From: a virus
Taxonomy: Duplodnaviria > Caudoviricetes
Virus record (IMG/VR): IMGVR_UViG_3300032303_000109
Coordinates: 1-40,880 of that record
DNA length: 40,880 nt
Strand: one strand, 5' to 3'
Translations under genes and position numbers: made by a program
Part shown: positions 18,268 through 28,500 of the stretch, one piece after another
How positions within the stretch are numbered: position 1 is the first letter of the stretch
Layout: the number at the start of each line of letters is the position of its first letter
Notes under the pieces: generated by a model
Database searches by the model: none
What the model was told of the DNA's origin: nothing
What the model saw: the letters and a program-made list of their open reading frames with translations, nothing else

Positions 18268-21200
18268 ATGAAAATATGCTTTGTTGATACTATGGGTCTG
18301 TGCTATGACGGAAGCACCCTTAATAAAAGAGGCCTCGGCGGCTCAGAATCTGCCGTCATTCTATTATCTAAAGAACTAGCTAGGCTAGGTTTCGAAGTTA
18401 CAGTTTTTAACGACTGTACATCCGAAGATACCAGACCCGGTATGTATGACGGGGTTCTATACCAGCCTCTAAGAGATATAGAAAATCCAGCAATAGATAT
18501 GCACTATGACGTGATGATCGGTTCTCGATCTGTCGCAGCCTTTGCACCTGCTCATATCAAAGAGCGTTTTAAAACATTCTCTTACATGCCAGACTTTACT
18601 CGATTACAACGCATTAAGCATAAAGTGTTATGGATGCATGATACCTTCTGTGACGGCGATGATCTTATTGAAGGTTTTCTGCTTGACGGATTAATAAACG
18701 AGGTTTTTGTACTATCTGACTTCCATCTGGATTATGTTACTAACTGTGACCATGGTCGTAAACGTAATTTTGAAGTACTTAAGAAGTACATGTTTATTAC
18801 ACGCAACGGTATTGGTAATATGAAGCCAGATTGGATTGATGTTACTCAGAAAGATCCGAACCATTTTGTTTATAATTCTTCCTTTACTAAAGGTATGCAG
18901 CCTCTTGTAGAAGATGTCTGGCCTAGAGTTAAAGCAGCTGCACCAGATGCTAAGCTGACTGTTATTGGAGGCTTCTATAAGTTTCCTGGTGGACAACCCG
19001 ACGAACAAGAACAGTCTTGGCGACGAATGGTAGAAGAACATGGCAAAGACATTAACTTCACTGGCATTATTCCTCAACAAGAAATTTCTAAAATCCTTAC
19101 AACAGCATCTTATATGCTATACCCTGCTGGATATCCAGAGACATATGGTATCTCGGCATTAGAATCTCTGGCACATAACGTTCCTATTATTACTTGTGAC
19201 TTCGGCGCTCTAGAAGAAACGGCAATGAATAGTGCTTGTTATAAGATTCCATATGCTATTGTACCTAACGGTCTATTTCCTTGGATTAATAAAGAAGATC
19301 AAGTTAATCGTTTTGTCGATATGACTCTACACGCTTACCATAACAAGTATCTACACCAGCAAAAGATGTATGCCTGTAATGCTGTCAAAGATATCTGTGG
19401 TTGGAATACTGTTGCACTTCAATGGAAGCAACACCTATTCCATAAGCTAGGAGAGTATTTGCCTGTAGATGAATATAGACAAGTACAAGAGATTAACTAT
19501 AAGGTTCGTAAAACATTTGGACGTCGATTTACTAACCAAGAAGAATTGCAACCCCCTTGCAATATACAAAAAGAAATAGGTATTATTACAGCAGTATATA
19601 ATGCTGAGAATTATATCGAGAAATGTATTCTTTCGGTTGCCCAGCAGAATTATAAGTGGTATACAATGTATATTGTAGATGATGCATCTACTGATAATAC
19701 TGTAAGTGTAGCACGTCGTACTATTGACTCACTTCCTCAAGAGATACGACATAATTTTGTACTGATTCTTAATGATGAAAATGTAGGTGCTGTTGCTAAC
19801 CACTATAAGGTTATTAATGAATATATAGGTGAAGAAGACTTCTTCATGATCCTGGATGGAGATGATTGGCTTGTTAATGATCCGAACATATTCCATTTTT
19901 ATAATAATCTATATCATAAGGGTGCTGAGTTTACGTATGGCTCTTGCTGGTCTCTAGTAGATAATATTCCTCTTGTTGCCCAGGAATACCCGCCTCAGGT
20001 CAAAGCTAATAAAGCGTATCGCGATTATAAATTCAACTGGAATATGCCTTATACACACCTTCGTACTTTTCATTGTAAGTTGCTGCGGGGTCTAAAAGAA
20101 ACTGATCTATTAGTTGATGGAGAGTGGCCGAGAGCTGGAGGAGATACTGCATTATTCTATCACTTAATTGAAGCAGCCGAACCAGATAAGGTTGTATGTA
20201 TACCAGACATAGTGTATGTTTACAATGATACTAACCCACTAAATGACTATAAAGTTAATGGGGAAGAGCAGACTAAGACAGCTAAAAAGGTGACTAGTAA
20301 AAAGATGTCTAAAGAAAAAATCTCTGTAATTGTTCCTACTATGTGGCGCTGTAATGATGTATTCGCTAGAGCTCTACAGAACTATGTGGACTGTGATCTA
20401 GTAGACGATATTATTATTATCAACAATGATAAAAATGTAACACCACAATGGAATATTTTATACAACACCAAAGTTCGGATGCTGAATCAAGAAACAAATA
20501 TTTTCTGTAATCCTGCTTGGAATCTAGGGGCTGAGTTGGCTCTGAACGATAAGATGTGCTTTGTTAATGATGATATTGAGTTCGATCCAAAAGTTTTTGA
20601 TAAGGTCGTCGACCTAGTTGTTCCAGAGAATGGTACAATAGGTATGGTTACTGGTGAAGAGAAGTTTAACCACCCGCCAACTACAGACAAAAGCATCAGC
20701 ATTCTCGAATGTAAATCAAGTAGCGAGAGCTATGCAGATTGTCATGATAAGACAATGCCTCATGGTTTCGGACAGTTGTTCTTTGTACATAAAAAGAATT
20801 GGGAACCTGTGCCGGAAGGGTTGTTACTATACTACGGCGACGACATGATCTGGAATCAGCATTTGCGTAAGGGGCTTATCAATCATATTATTTACAACTT
20901 CGACTGGTATTCTCCTATGGCACAGACATCGGGTGATCCTGCTATTTCTGCTGGACGAATAGAGGGGGAACACCCAATCTATATGAACTGGTTAAACAAC
21001 ACACCTATTATGGAAGAGAAGAAAGAAGAAATGACAAAAAAGCGTATTCTAATTGGTATTCCTACTAAAGATGATATTAGGGCAGAGACTTTTAAATCTA
21101 TCTATGATCTAATCATTCCCGAAGGTTACGAAGCAGACTTTCAGTTCTTTTATGGATATGCAGTAGATCAGGTACGTAATCTAATTGCAGATTGGACAGT

Positions 21201-21705
21201 TAATCTTTATGATTATTTGTTCGCAGTAGATCATGATATTACATTCGAACCAGACACTCTAGTAAAACTGTTAGCACACGATAAGCCTATTGTGTCTGGA
21301 GTTTATAGACAGAGAATGGAACCTCCAGTACTGGAGATCTATGATAGTAATTATCGTAATGTATCTATGGATTTTGCAAATCAACAAGGCTTATTTGAAA
21401 TAGGTGCTTGTGGCTTTGGTTGTGTTCTTGTAAAGAAAGAAGTATTTACTGCTGTTGGATATCCGCAGTTCGTATATCACCAAGCACTCAGTCATGCTAA
21501 TACTTTTAGTGAAGATTTAGATTTTTGTAGAAAAGCCCGTGATAAGGGGTATAGTGTATGGTGCGATACCACTATTCTATGCGGACACATAGGTCTCCAT
21601 ACATTCACTGTACAACCTACAGTAGTGCCGACGTCTATTGTTGAAGAACCAGCTAATCCGATAGCTGCTTACCTACAGGAACTTAAAAACCACCGCCATC
21701 AATAA
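18268..21705 (+). CDS. Multidomain glycosyltransferase (one GT-B/GT4-like plus three GT-A/GT2-like domains)
   Basis: SD GAGGTG then ATG at 18268. GT4: GLGGSE, WMHD, E-x7-E (ETYGISALE). GT2: IITAVYNAENYIEKC..SV..Q, VDDASTD, LDGDDW. Second GT-A: ISVIVPTMW, NPAWNLG, VNDDI. Third GT-A: ILIGIPT, VDHDI, GFGCVLVKKEVF, SEDLDFC. Confidence 0.92.
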   Translation: MKICFVDTMGLCYDGSTLNKRGLGGSESAVILLSKELARLGFEVTVFNDCTSEDTRPGMYDGVLYQPLRDIENPAIDMHYDVMIGSRSVAAFAPAHIKERFKTFSYMPDFTRLQRIKHKVLWMHDTFCDGDDLIEGFLLDGLINEVFVLSDFHLDYVTNCDHGRKRNFEVLKKYMFITRNGIGNMKPDWIDVTQKDPNHFVYNSSFTKGMQPLVEDVWPRVKAAAPDAKLTVIGGFYKFPGGQPDEQEQSWRRMVEEHGKDINFTGIIPQQEISKILTTASYMLYPAGYPETYGISALESLAHNVPIITCDFGALEETAMNSACYKIPYAIVPNGLFPWINKEDQVNRFVDMTLHAYHNKYLHQQKMYACNAVKDICGWNTVALQWKQHLFHKLGEYLPVDEYRQVQEINYKVRKTFGRRFTNQEELQPPCNIQKEIGIITAVYNAENYIEKCILSVAQQNYKWYTMYIVDDASTDNTVSVARRTIDSLPQEIRHNFVLILNDENVGAVANHYKVINEYIGEEDFFMILDGDDWLVNDPNIFHFYNNLYHKGAEFTYGSCWSLVDNIPLVAQEYPPQVKANKAYRDYKFNWNMPYTHLRTFHCKLLRGLKETDLLVDGEWPRAGGDTALFYHLIEAAEPDKVVCIPDIVYVYNDTNPLNDYKVNGEEQTKTAKKVTSKKMSKEKISVIVPTMWRCNDVFARALQNYVDCDLVDDIIIINNDKNVTPQWNILYNTKVRMLNQETNIFCNPAWNLGAELALNDKMCFVNDDIEFDPKVFDKVVDLVVPENGTIGMVTGEEKFNHPPTTDKSISILECKSSSESYADCHDKTMPHGFGQLFFVHKKNWEPVPEGLLLYYGDDMIWNQHLRKGLINHIIYNFDWYSPMAQTSGDPAISAGRIEGEHPIYMNWLNNTPIMEEKKEEMTKKRILIGIPTKDDIRAETFKSIYDLIIPEGYEADFQFFYGYAVDQVRNLIADWTVNLYDYLFAVDHDITFEPDTLVKLLAHDKPIVSGVYRQRMEPPVLEIYDSNYRNVSMDFANQQGLFEIGACGFGCVLVKKEVFTAVGYPQFVYHQALSHANTFSEDLDFCRKARDKGYSVWCDTTILCGHIGLHTFTVQPTVVPTSIVEEPANPIAAYLQELKNHRHQ

Positions 21706-22237
21706 GAAGACTTGTAAAAACAGAGACACCGTTAACGTATAGGTTGTCTGTGTTGAGATTGGTGAAATTGCCTGTACTAGGTATCTGTGAACCAATACGA
21801 CCTGGGGACTCCCAGCCTCTCCCTCCAAGAGAATCTGCACTATACGCGGAAAAAGCAATACCTGCGGCATCTGCATATGCAGCGGAAACAGAAGGTAAAT
21901 AAGAAGACCAATAAACCCCTGAACCATTGGATACTAATACCTGATCTGGGTCGCCTGGAACCGGCCCAGGACTTCCGTTTGCTGTTACAGTGCCTAATAA
22001 ACTTATATTATATAATTTGTCTAGTAACTTTACATCATATTGACCAGTATTAGCATTGTAAATAAAAGTGGCGCCATCGACACGTAATGCGGTATTGACG
22101 CCACGGACATCGTCAATAGAACGTATTTCTTGAATCTGATTCTTTACTGTAATCGGATCAGTCAGCTCAATTCTTCCGCTAGCTTTTTTAGCGGTGATTG
22201 AGAACTGTGATCTTTGAATCATTACATTAGCGGTCAT
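21683..22237 (-). CDS. Small fibre-associated structural protein
   Basis: 184 aa. Shares ANGS.G..GQVL.SNG..VYWS and W.SP..IG...P.TG.FT motifs with neighbouring fibres; ends in IDGGGF. Confidence 0.7.
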   Translation of the reverse strand: MTANVMIQRSQFSITAKKASGRIELTDPITVKNQIQEIRSIDDVRGVNTALRVDGATFIYNANTGQYDVKLLDKLYNISLLGTVTANGSPGPVPGDPDQVLVSNGSGVYWSSYLPSVSAAYADAAGIAFSAYSADSLGGRGWESPGRIGSQIPSTGNFTNLNTDNLYVNGVSVFTSLLIDGGGF

Positions 22238-22575
22238 CGTCTACTTACCTGTGGAGTGATAGTTACAAGACCTTCGATGATTCTTGATTCAATCTGGGAA
22301 TTATTATTATTGGCTGTAAGATAGCAGTCATATACATAACGCCCTGGGGTAATCTTACTAGATGTCGCAGAGTCCATAGACATAGTTACTTCTCCGGTGT
22401 TAGCGGATACTGCAACTTGAAAAGCATATGATGTTAAAGAAGTATAGTGCTTACGCATCTTTGCTCTGCCAACAAACCCCGTTAGATTAATAGGGGTAGT
22501 ATTAGCATCATTAATGTTGATGGTTACTTCGTAATCCGATCCCTGATCTATAATGATATTGCTTTTAATAGCCAT
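22234..22575 (-). CDS. Conserved T4-like virion structural protein (beta-sandwich, DQG.D...GRYVYD family)
   Basis: Motifs NIIIDQGSDY, P.NLTG, A.MRKHY.S, PGRYVYD, RIIEG.VTITP.V, familiar from aquatic T4-like phages. Confidence 0.8.
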   Translation of the reverse strand: MAIKSNIIIDQGSDYEVTININDANTTPINLTGFVGRAKMRKHYTSLTSYAFQVAVSANTGEVTMSMDSATSSKITPGRYVYDCYLTANNNNSQIESRIIEGLVTITPQVSRR

Positions 22576-22607
22576 TAATTTAACTCTTCTTTATTCTTGT
22601 ATCAGAG

Positions 22608-22615
22608 TATTTATA
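22608..22615 (-). promoter_or_regulatory. T4 late promoter (TATAAATA)
   Basis: Exact motif about 33 nt upstream of the ATG at 22575. Confidence 0.8.
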
Positions 22616-22618
22616 TAA

Positions 22619-23164
22619 TTATATGGTGGTAACATTTTCAGGTATCTGCGGATATGTTAAATGAATTTCATCCATAATCTTAAGTAGCGCCTGGAAGCAA
22701 TCCCTGGCTTGTTCTGATATATCATCTCTAGTACGATATGTTTGCAGTACTGCTAATGATGCAGGGCGATCTTCCCAAGTTAAATGATTAGTAGGATACC
22801 CATCATGTCCTTGGAAACGTCTACGCATGATCTCTCCGCCCATTAAATGAGCACCTGTGAGTACATAAGCCGCACCGTCAATGGATAGAGCATTATCGAG
22901 TGTTGCTACATATTCTGTAGCAGCTGCTAATGGTTCTACTGTTTCTTCAAGAACTGCTAGATCTAGATCTAGCTGCGTAACTCTTTTAATTGAATCATCT
23001 ACATGTGGATCTACGGCTGTGTGGATTTGTTGTAGCGCTTGAATCCATGCTTTATACCAAATCTTAGGAGGATGTCCAGTAGCCATAGACTCTCCAATAG
23101 CATGCGCTTCACATGCATGATGTAAGTCCCGTGTAGCTTCCCATAATGGTTTGGCCAAAGCCAT
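22619..23164 (-). CDS. Heme oxygenase (biliverdin-producing, HemO/BphO/HO-1 fold)
   Basis: Likely start ATG at 23164, just after the upstream stop, with SD-like AAGG. Proximal helix LWEATRDLHHACE (heme-ligating His), R...L..DL, distal helix GAAYVLTGAHLMGG.IMRR, C-terminal A..CF. 181 aa. Confidence 0.82.
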   Translation of the reverse strand: MALAKPLWEATRDLHHACEAHAIGESMATGHPPKIWYKAWIQALQQIHTAVDPHVDDSIKRVTQLDLDLAVLEETVEPLAAATEYVATLDNALSIDGAAYVLTGAHLMGGEIMRRRFQGHDGYPTNHLTWEDRPASLAVLQTYRTRDDISEQARDCFQALLKIMDEIHLTYPQIPENVTTI

Positions 23165-23165
23165 A

Positions 23166-23438
23166 TTAAACCGTACCTTCAGCATATTTTTCACTAGCTA
23201 AAGCTGCAGTTGCTTCCATATCTATTGAACCATCTTCTAATAAAACAGCTTGAACTATTAAACCTGCATCCCGTATATCTATATCATTTTTAAAATTTTC
23301 TAATTTTAAAAGAGATGCTTCTGTATCTAAAATACCTCCATTAAAGACAGCAGGTATTTCAAACCGAAACTCTCCATAACTACCAGTAATATACCATTCT
23401 TCTACTGTAGAAGGCATATTATAAATTAAATTTCTCAT
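23166..23438 (-). CDS. Hypothetical small protein with internal duplication (possible fibre accessory)
   Basis: 90 aa; IPAVFNGGILDTEASLLKL and VQAVLLEDGSIDMEATAAL are repeats. Confidence 0.6.
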   Translation of the reverse strand: MRNLIYNMPSTVEEWYITGSYGEFRFEIPAVFNGGILDTEASLLKLENFKNDIDIRDAGLIVQAVLLEDGSIDMEATAALASEKYAEGTV

Positions 23439-23449
23439 ATATTATATCC

Positions 23450-25591
23450 TTATATAAACTTAATTGTTGTTGCATTCTTCAGCGCAGATGCTTCTGGACG
23501 ATTATACCAGGTCCAATTAGTTGTAACAATGGCTTGAGTATAGGTAGCTTCTTTGCGATCGAAATAGTAATTATCGTTGATAATCATACTGGTCCAACCT
23601 TGATTAGGATACTGCCCCACTATCTGTAATTCTGTTGAGCCTTCAGATATACCGCCGCTGCCGGCATATTTCCCTGCAGTATGAATCAACTCGAATATTT
23701 TCCCCGAATCAGCAACCCCCGAAATCGGCGTCAGAAAACTTAAAGCAGTATTAGGAGTTACGCCATAGCCTCCATATTCATAATATGTTTTTTGATTATC
23801 TGGGTACTGTGGAAAATATTGAAGGAATGCTTTAGTACCACCAGGAGTAGTTTTTGTATCTAATATAATAAGCGGTTTTTCCAGTGTATATAATAAACCT
23901 GGTTGGATATAAAAATCTGGGCTGTTCCCATCCGTTATTGTAGCATCTTTCATATCGAAGGTTGAGGTACCATTTGTCGGGTTTGACGGGGTTATATTGG
24001 AAGTTCTATCCAGATATAATACACCGTTAGTGGTACCGGTTAGAGCTATATTTTTTCTAGTTACCTGACACGAATCATCATACATAACATAAGAACTATC
24101 AACTGCATTTATATAACGACCTGTGCCTGAACCGTCTGCAGGTAATATAGCTATTCCTTGTTTAGCTCCATTCGTGCCGTATGTATACATAACATATACA
24201 TATTTCTCTGTTGGATCTAGCCATACTGAACGCACCACTGTATCAGTAAGATCCGCAGCATAAATGCTACGTTTCCATACTACATTATCAGAAGAATCAT
24301 ATTTTATAATAAATCCGGTAAATTTATTAGAAAATCCTGTCCGATATCCCCCTACAACGTAATAATAGTTTGTGTTTGTCGCGCCTTTATTAATACATAC
24401 ATTAGTTAAGATGGCGGAGAGACCTGAAATATCTAATTCAGGAGTCGTAGTTGTCGGGTCCCCTTGCACATAAAATTGCCACGAATTAGTTCTAATGCCC
24501 GTTGAATCAAATTTTTGCAATAATTGAAAATCTATACCCCCTGTATCTTGAGTAATTACACCTACATATACATTATTAGTAGTAGTTGCACAACAAAAAT
24601 TTAAATCGTTGACGACTTTAGAGGATAACGCATTTTTAGTGGTTAAAGAATCAGTGGATTTTATATACGTTCCCCAGTTTACAGTTGATGTTGATATATC
24701 AAAACAAACCAGTATAATTCCGCCGAAATAATTACCTATAGCATATACCCTATTCCCTACCATATCTATGTTATTGAATGTTTGAGGGAGACTGCCGCCA
24801 GAACTATTATTAAACCTATATGCTCCTATAAAAGCCCCGGTATCTGGATTTAATTCTATTATAGAAGGTCCATTTAAGGTATGTGCTGAAACAATTGAAT
24901 ATCCCCCCACAATAAACAATCTACTTAGGGATTCATTATAATATACCGACTGTAATTGAATTTTAGATGATACATATGTCCTCGATGGAAATTTCTTTTT
25001 CCAACGCACTGCGCCATCAGAGTTTAAACTGAACACAAAACTTCCACGTGTTGGATCACCAGCCGTTGTCCTATCTGGAGGTTCGAAGTTTCCAACATAA
25101 AACGTTGATTTATCACTATTTCTTACTGCAATACCCGTGATACAGGTCTCATATCCACTAGCAGAACTATTTATAGCGTAACTTTTTGTCCAGACCTTAA
25201 ATCCTGAGGAAGTAGTTTTCATAATATATTTAGAGGTTGAAGTTGTACCCGCACCATAACCATATATAACTTTTAGATCAGAATCTGTAACACCCCTTGG
25301 AGCTTTTCCGTCTAATATCCGTCTTGGTTCGGTATTTAAATATGGAAGTGAAGACAGGCGCATCAGCGCACCTACAGATGCAGAGGCATTATAAAATAAT
25401 TTTATATTGATAGGTGGCTTAGGATCAGTAAGAATAGATGGTATTGGTCCATAATCTCCCGAGGTACCTGATAAAACATAGCTACCGTCTGCGTAGTAAT
25501 TACCCAGTTTAATATTCTTCTTATCGGTAGCACCACCGAACTCTGTTTGAATAGCAGAAAATAATAAATTTCCGGATGCTGGCAAAACCAT
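23450..25591 (-). CDS. Fibre-tip adhesin-like protein with beta-propeller (cassette A)
   Basis: N-terminus MVLPASG.L.FSAIQTEFGG...L..YY..G.YV..GTSG..G.IP is typical of proteins encoded right after S74-chaperoned fibres; repeated K(Y/F)DS.G/..VW.(K/R) blades. Confidence 0.65.
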   Translation of the reverse strand: MVLPASGNLLFSAIQTEFGGATDKKNIKLGNYYADGSYVLSGTSGDYGPIPSILTDPKPPINIKLFYNASASVGALMRLSSLPYLNTEPRRILDGKAPRGVTDSDLKVIYGYGAGTTSTSKYIMKTTSSGFKVWTKSYAINSSASGYETCITGIAVRNSDKSTFYVGNFEPPDRTTAGDPTRGSFVFSLNSDGAVRWKKKFPSRTYVSSKIQLQSVYYNESLSRLFIVGGYSIVSAHTLNGPSIIELNPDTGAFIGAYRFNNSSGGSLPQTFNNIDMVGNRVYAIGNYFGGIILVCFDISTSTVNWGTYIKSTDSLTTKNALSSKVVNDLNFCCATTTNNVYVGVITQDTGGIDFQLLQKFDSTGIRTNSWQFYVQGDPTTTTPELDISGLSAILTNVCINKGATNTNYYYVVGGYRTGFSNKFTGFIIKYDSSDNVVWKRSIYAADLTDTVVRSVWLDPTEKYVYVMYTYGTNGAKQGIAILPADGSGTGRYINAVDSSYVMYDDSCQVTRKNIALTGTTNGVLYLDRTSNITPSNPTNGTSTFDMKDATITDGNSPDFYIQPGLLYTLEKPLIILDTKTTPGGTKAFLQYFPQYPDNQKTYYEYGGYGVTPNTALSFLTPISGVADSGKIFELIHTAGKYAGSGGISEGSTELQIVGQYPNQGWTSMIINDNYYFDRKEATYTQAIVTTNWTWYNRPEASALKNATTIKFI

Positions 25592-28500
25592 TATCTGTTA
25601 GCTTTCAGTTCATCTAGTTGATTCTTAAGCTCATTAATACCCTGAATAACTAGACCTAGGATCTTTTCATATTTAACAGCAAGTGTACCGTCTACTCTTT
25701 CAGCTACAACTTCTGGAAGAACAGCCTGTACTTCTTGAGCGATAATACCCGTATCACGCTTACGAACGAAGTAACCATCTTCGCCGCCGCGTGATTGAAT
25801 GTAATCATCTGTCCAATCGAACATAACACCTGTGATCTTGCCTAGTTTATCTAGGGCAGATTCAATTGGTATGATGTTTTCTTTGAGTCTTCTATCCGAA
25901 GAATAAAAAGCGGTGATATCTGCAGTTGCTCTAATTTCTCCTTGAGTACTGGAAGCAGATGTACCAACACCTAGAGAGTAAACTTGAGCATTTGCATTAG
26001 TATCGAAGGTACCTTTAGAACCAGCATAGCCTACTGAACCATCGAAGCCTTTAGAGCCATTGAAACCATTAGAACCATTATATCCAGTAGAACCATTGAA
26101 CCCCGTAGAACCATTAAAACCTTTAGAACCATCAAAGCCTAAGTCCCCTCTAGAACCATTATAACCAGTAGAGCCATTGAACCCCGTAGAACCATCAAAA
26201 CCTTTAGAGCCATTGAAACCATTAGATCCATTATATCCAGTAGAGCCATTGAACCCCGTAGAACCATCAAAACCTTTAGAACCGTCAAAGCCTTTAGAGC
26301 CATTAAAACCAGTGGAACCATTAAAACCAGTAGAACCGTTATATCCGGCACCAGTAGAACCATCAAAGCCTTTAGAGCCATTATAACCTACCGAGCCATT
26401 AAAACCAGTAGAACCGTTATAACCGGTACCAGTAGAACCATCAAAGCCTTTAGATCCATTGAAACCAGTAGAGCCATTATAGCCGCCAGAACCATCAAAG
26501 CCTTTAGATCCATTGAAACCAGTAGAACCATTAAATCCTTTAGAGCCATCAAACCCTTTAGAGCCATTATAACCTACAAAACGACCGGCATTAACCCATG
26601 CAGTACCCGAGAAACTATAGATATTACCAGTATCTGTAGTTATATAAGCGTCACTAATAGCATTACCTGGTTGATTTAGGTAATTAACCTCATTACCGTA
26701 ATAGGGTATTGATGTTACAGTATCTACTGAACCTCTAATTTTAACAGAATTTCCAGTGTCTCCCTTAGAGCCATCAAAGCCTTTAGAGCCATTAAATCCA
26801 GTAGAACCATTGAAACCAGTAGAACCATTGAAACCTGTGGAACCGTCAAAGCCTCTAGAGCCATTATAGCCGACTGATCCGTAATATCCTATAGAGCCAG
26901 CATATCCTACAGAGCCATCAAAGCCTTTAGAACCATCAAAGCCTTTAGATCCATCGAAGCCTCTAGAACCATTATATCCAACAGACCCTGCAAATCCTAA
27001 GGAACCATTAAATCCTACAGAGCCATCAAAGCCTTTAGATCCGTCAAAGCCTTTAGATCCATCGAAACCTTTAGAACCATTGAAGCCTATAAAACGTCCG
27101 CCATCAGTAAAGGTTTTGGTGCTAGTATTGCTAGTATATATCCAAATATTACCGGTATCTATAGTTATAAATGCGTCTCCGGCAGCTCCTCCGTAAGTGG
27201 CTGCATCAGGTAATGCCGCCTCGTTTGCGCGGGGACCTATGATCTTAATAGAGGCGCCAACTTCTCCCTTAGAACCAGCATAACCAACAGAACCATCAAA
27301 TCCTCTAGAACCATTGAAACCAACAGAACCATTGAAACCAGCAGAACCATTGAAACCAGCAGAACCATTAAATCCTTTAGATCCGTCGAAGCCTCTGGAA
27401 CCATTGAAACCAACAGAACCATCGAAGCCTTTAGAACCATTGAAACCTGTAGAGCCTGTAAAGCCAATAGAGCCAGTATAACCTACAAATGGAATACCGT
27501 CTCCCCACCCTGCGCCATCGTAAATATACAATCTACCAGTAGAAGTAACTACAACAGCATCGCCTTCTACAGCAGAAATACTAGACAAATCAGAATAGTT
27601 GGTAACTGAGGTCTTAATAGTAATAGCTCGACCTCGTGATCCAGTATAACCTACCGAACCAGTATATCCTACAGAACCATTAAATCCTCTAGAGCCATTA
27701 AATCCTGTAGAACCATTAAAACCTGCTCCTACAGAACCAGTATAACCTACTGAACCATTAAAACCAACAGAACCATTGAAGCCAGTAGAGCCATTATAAC
27801 CAGTAGAACCGTCATAACCTGCACCCCTGGAACCTGTGTAACCTACTGAACCATTAAAACCAACAGAACCATTGAAGCCAGTAGAGCCATTATAACCAGT
27901 AGAACCAGTCCAGCCAACAGACCCATTGAAACCAGTCGAGCCTTGGAAACCTTTAGAACCTGTGTAACCTACTGAACCATTAAAACCCACAGAGCCACTG
28001 AAACCTGTGGAACCGTTAAAACCAGTGGAACCGTTAAAACCAGTGGAACCTGTGTAACCTATCGAACCAGTATATCCAACAGAGCCAGTGAAACCAGTAG
28101 AACCGTTAAAACCAGCGGAACCGATATATCCTACAGAGCCTCCGAATCCTATAGAGCCAGTATAACCTGTAGAACCATTAAATCCTGTAGAACCAGCGTA
28201 GCCAACAGAACCTGTATAACCTACAGAGCCTCCAAAGCCTACAGAGCCTCCAAAGCCTACAGAGCCCGTATAACCTGTAGATCCGTTATAACCTGCGCCA
28301 CGAGAACCAGTATAGCCTACAGAACCATCAAAGCCTCTAGAGCCAGTATAACTTGTTGACCAATAAGTAGCTGTTCCATTAGTGGTTAGTACTTGCCCTG
28401 GTGCTCCTAGTGAACCGTTTGCGGTTAACGATGTCAGATTTAGATTAGTAATAGTAGCATTATTAGCATTAAGATCTATTGTAACAACACCAGTATTACT

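Noticed and set aside
18194-21705. GT gene as an invertible or mobile cassette
   Set aside because: No flanking inverted repeats, recombinase or transposase seen; it has its own correctly oriented late promoter.
23165-23194. Longer heme oxygenase start at 23194 given in the ORF track
   Set aside because: It overlaps the upstream gene; ATG at 23164 follows the upstream stop, has an SD-like AAGG and matches the usual HO N-terminus.
26011-28350. Tandem short repeats as a CRISPR array
   Set aside because: Units are 18-bp, degenerate at synonymous positions, have no unique spacers and lie in frame within a CDS.
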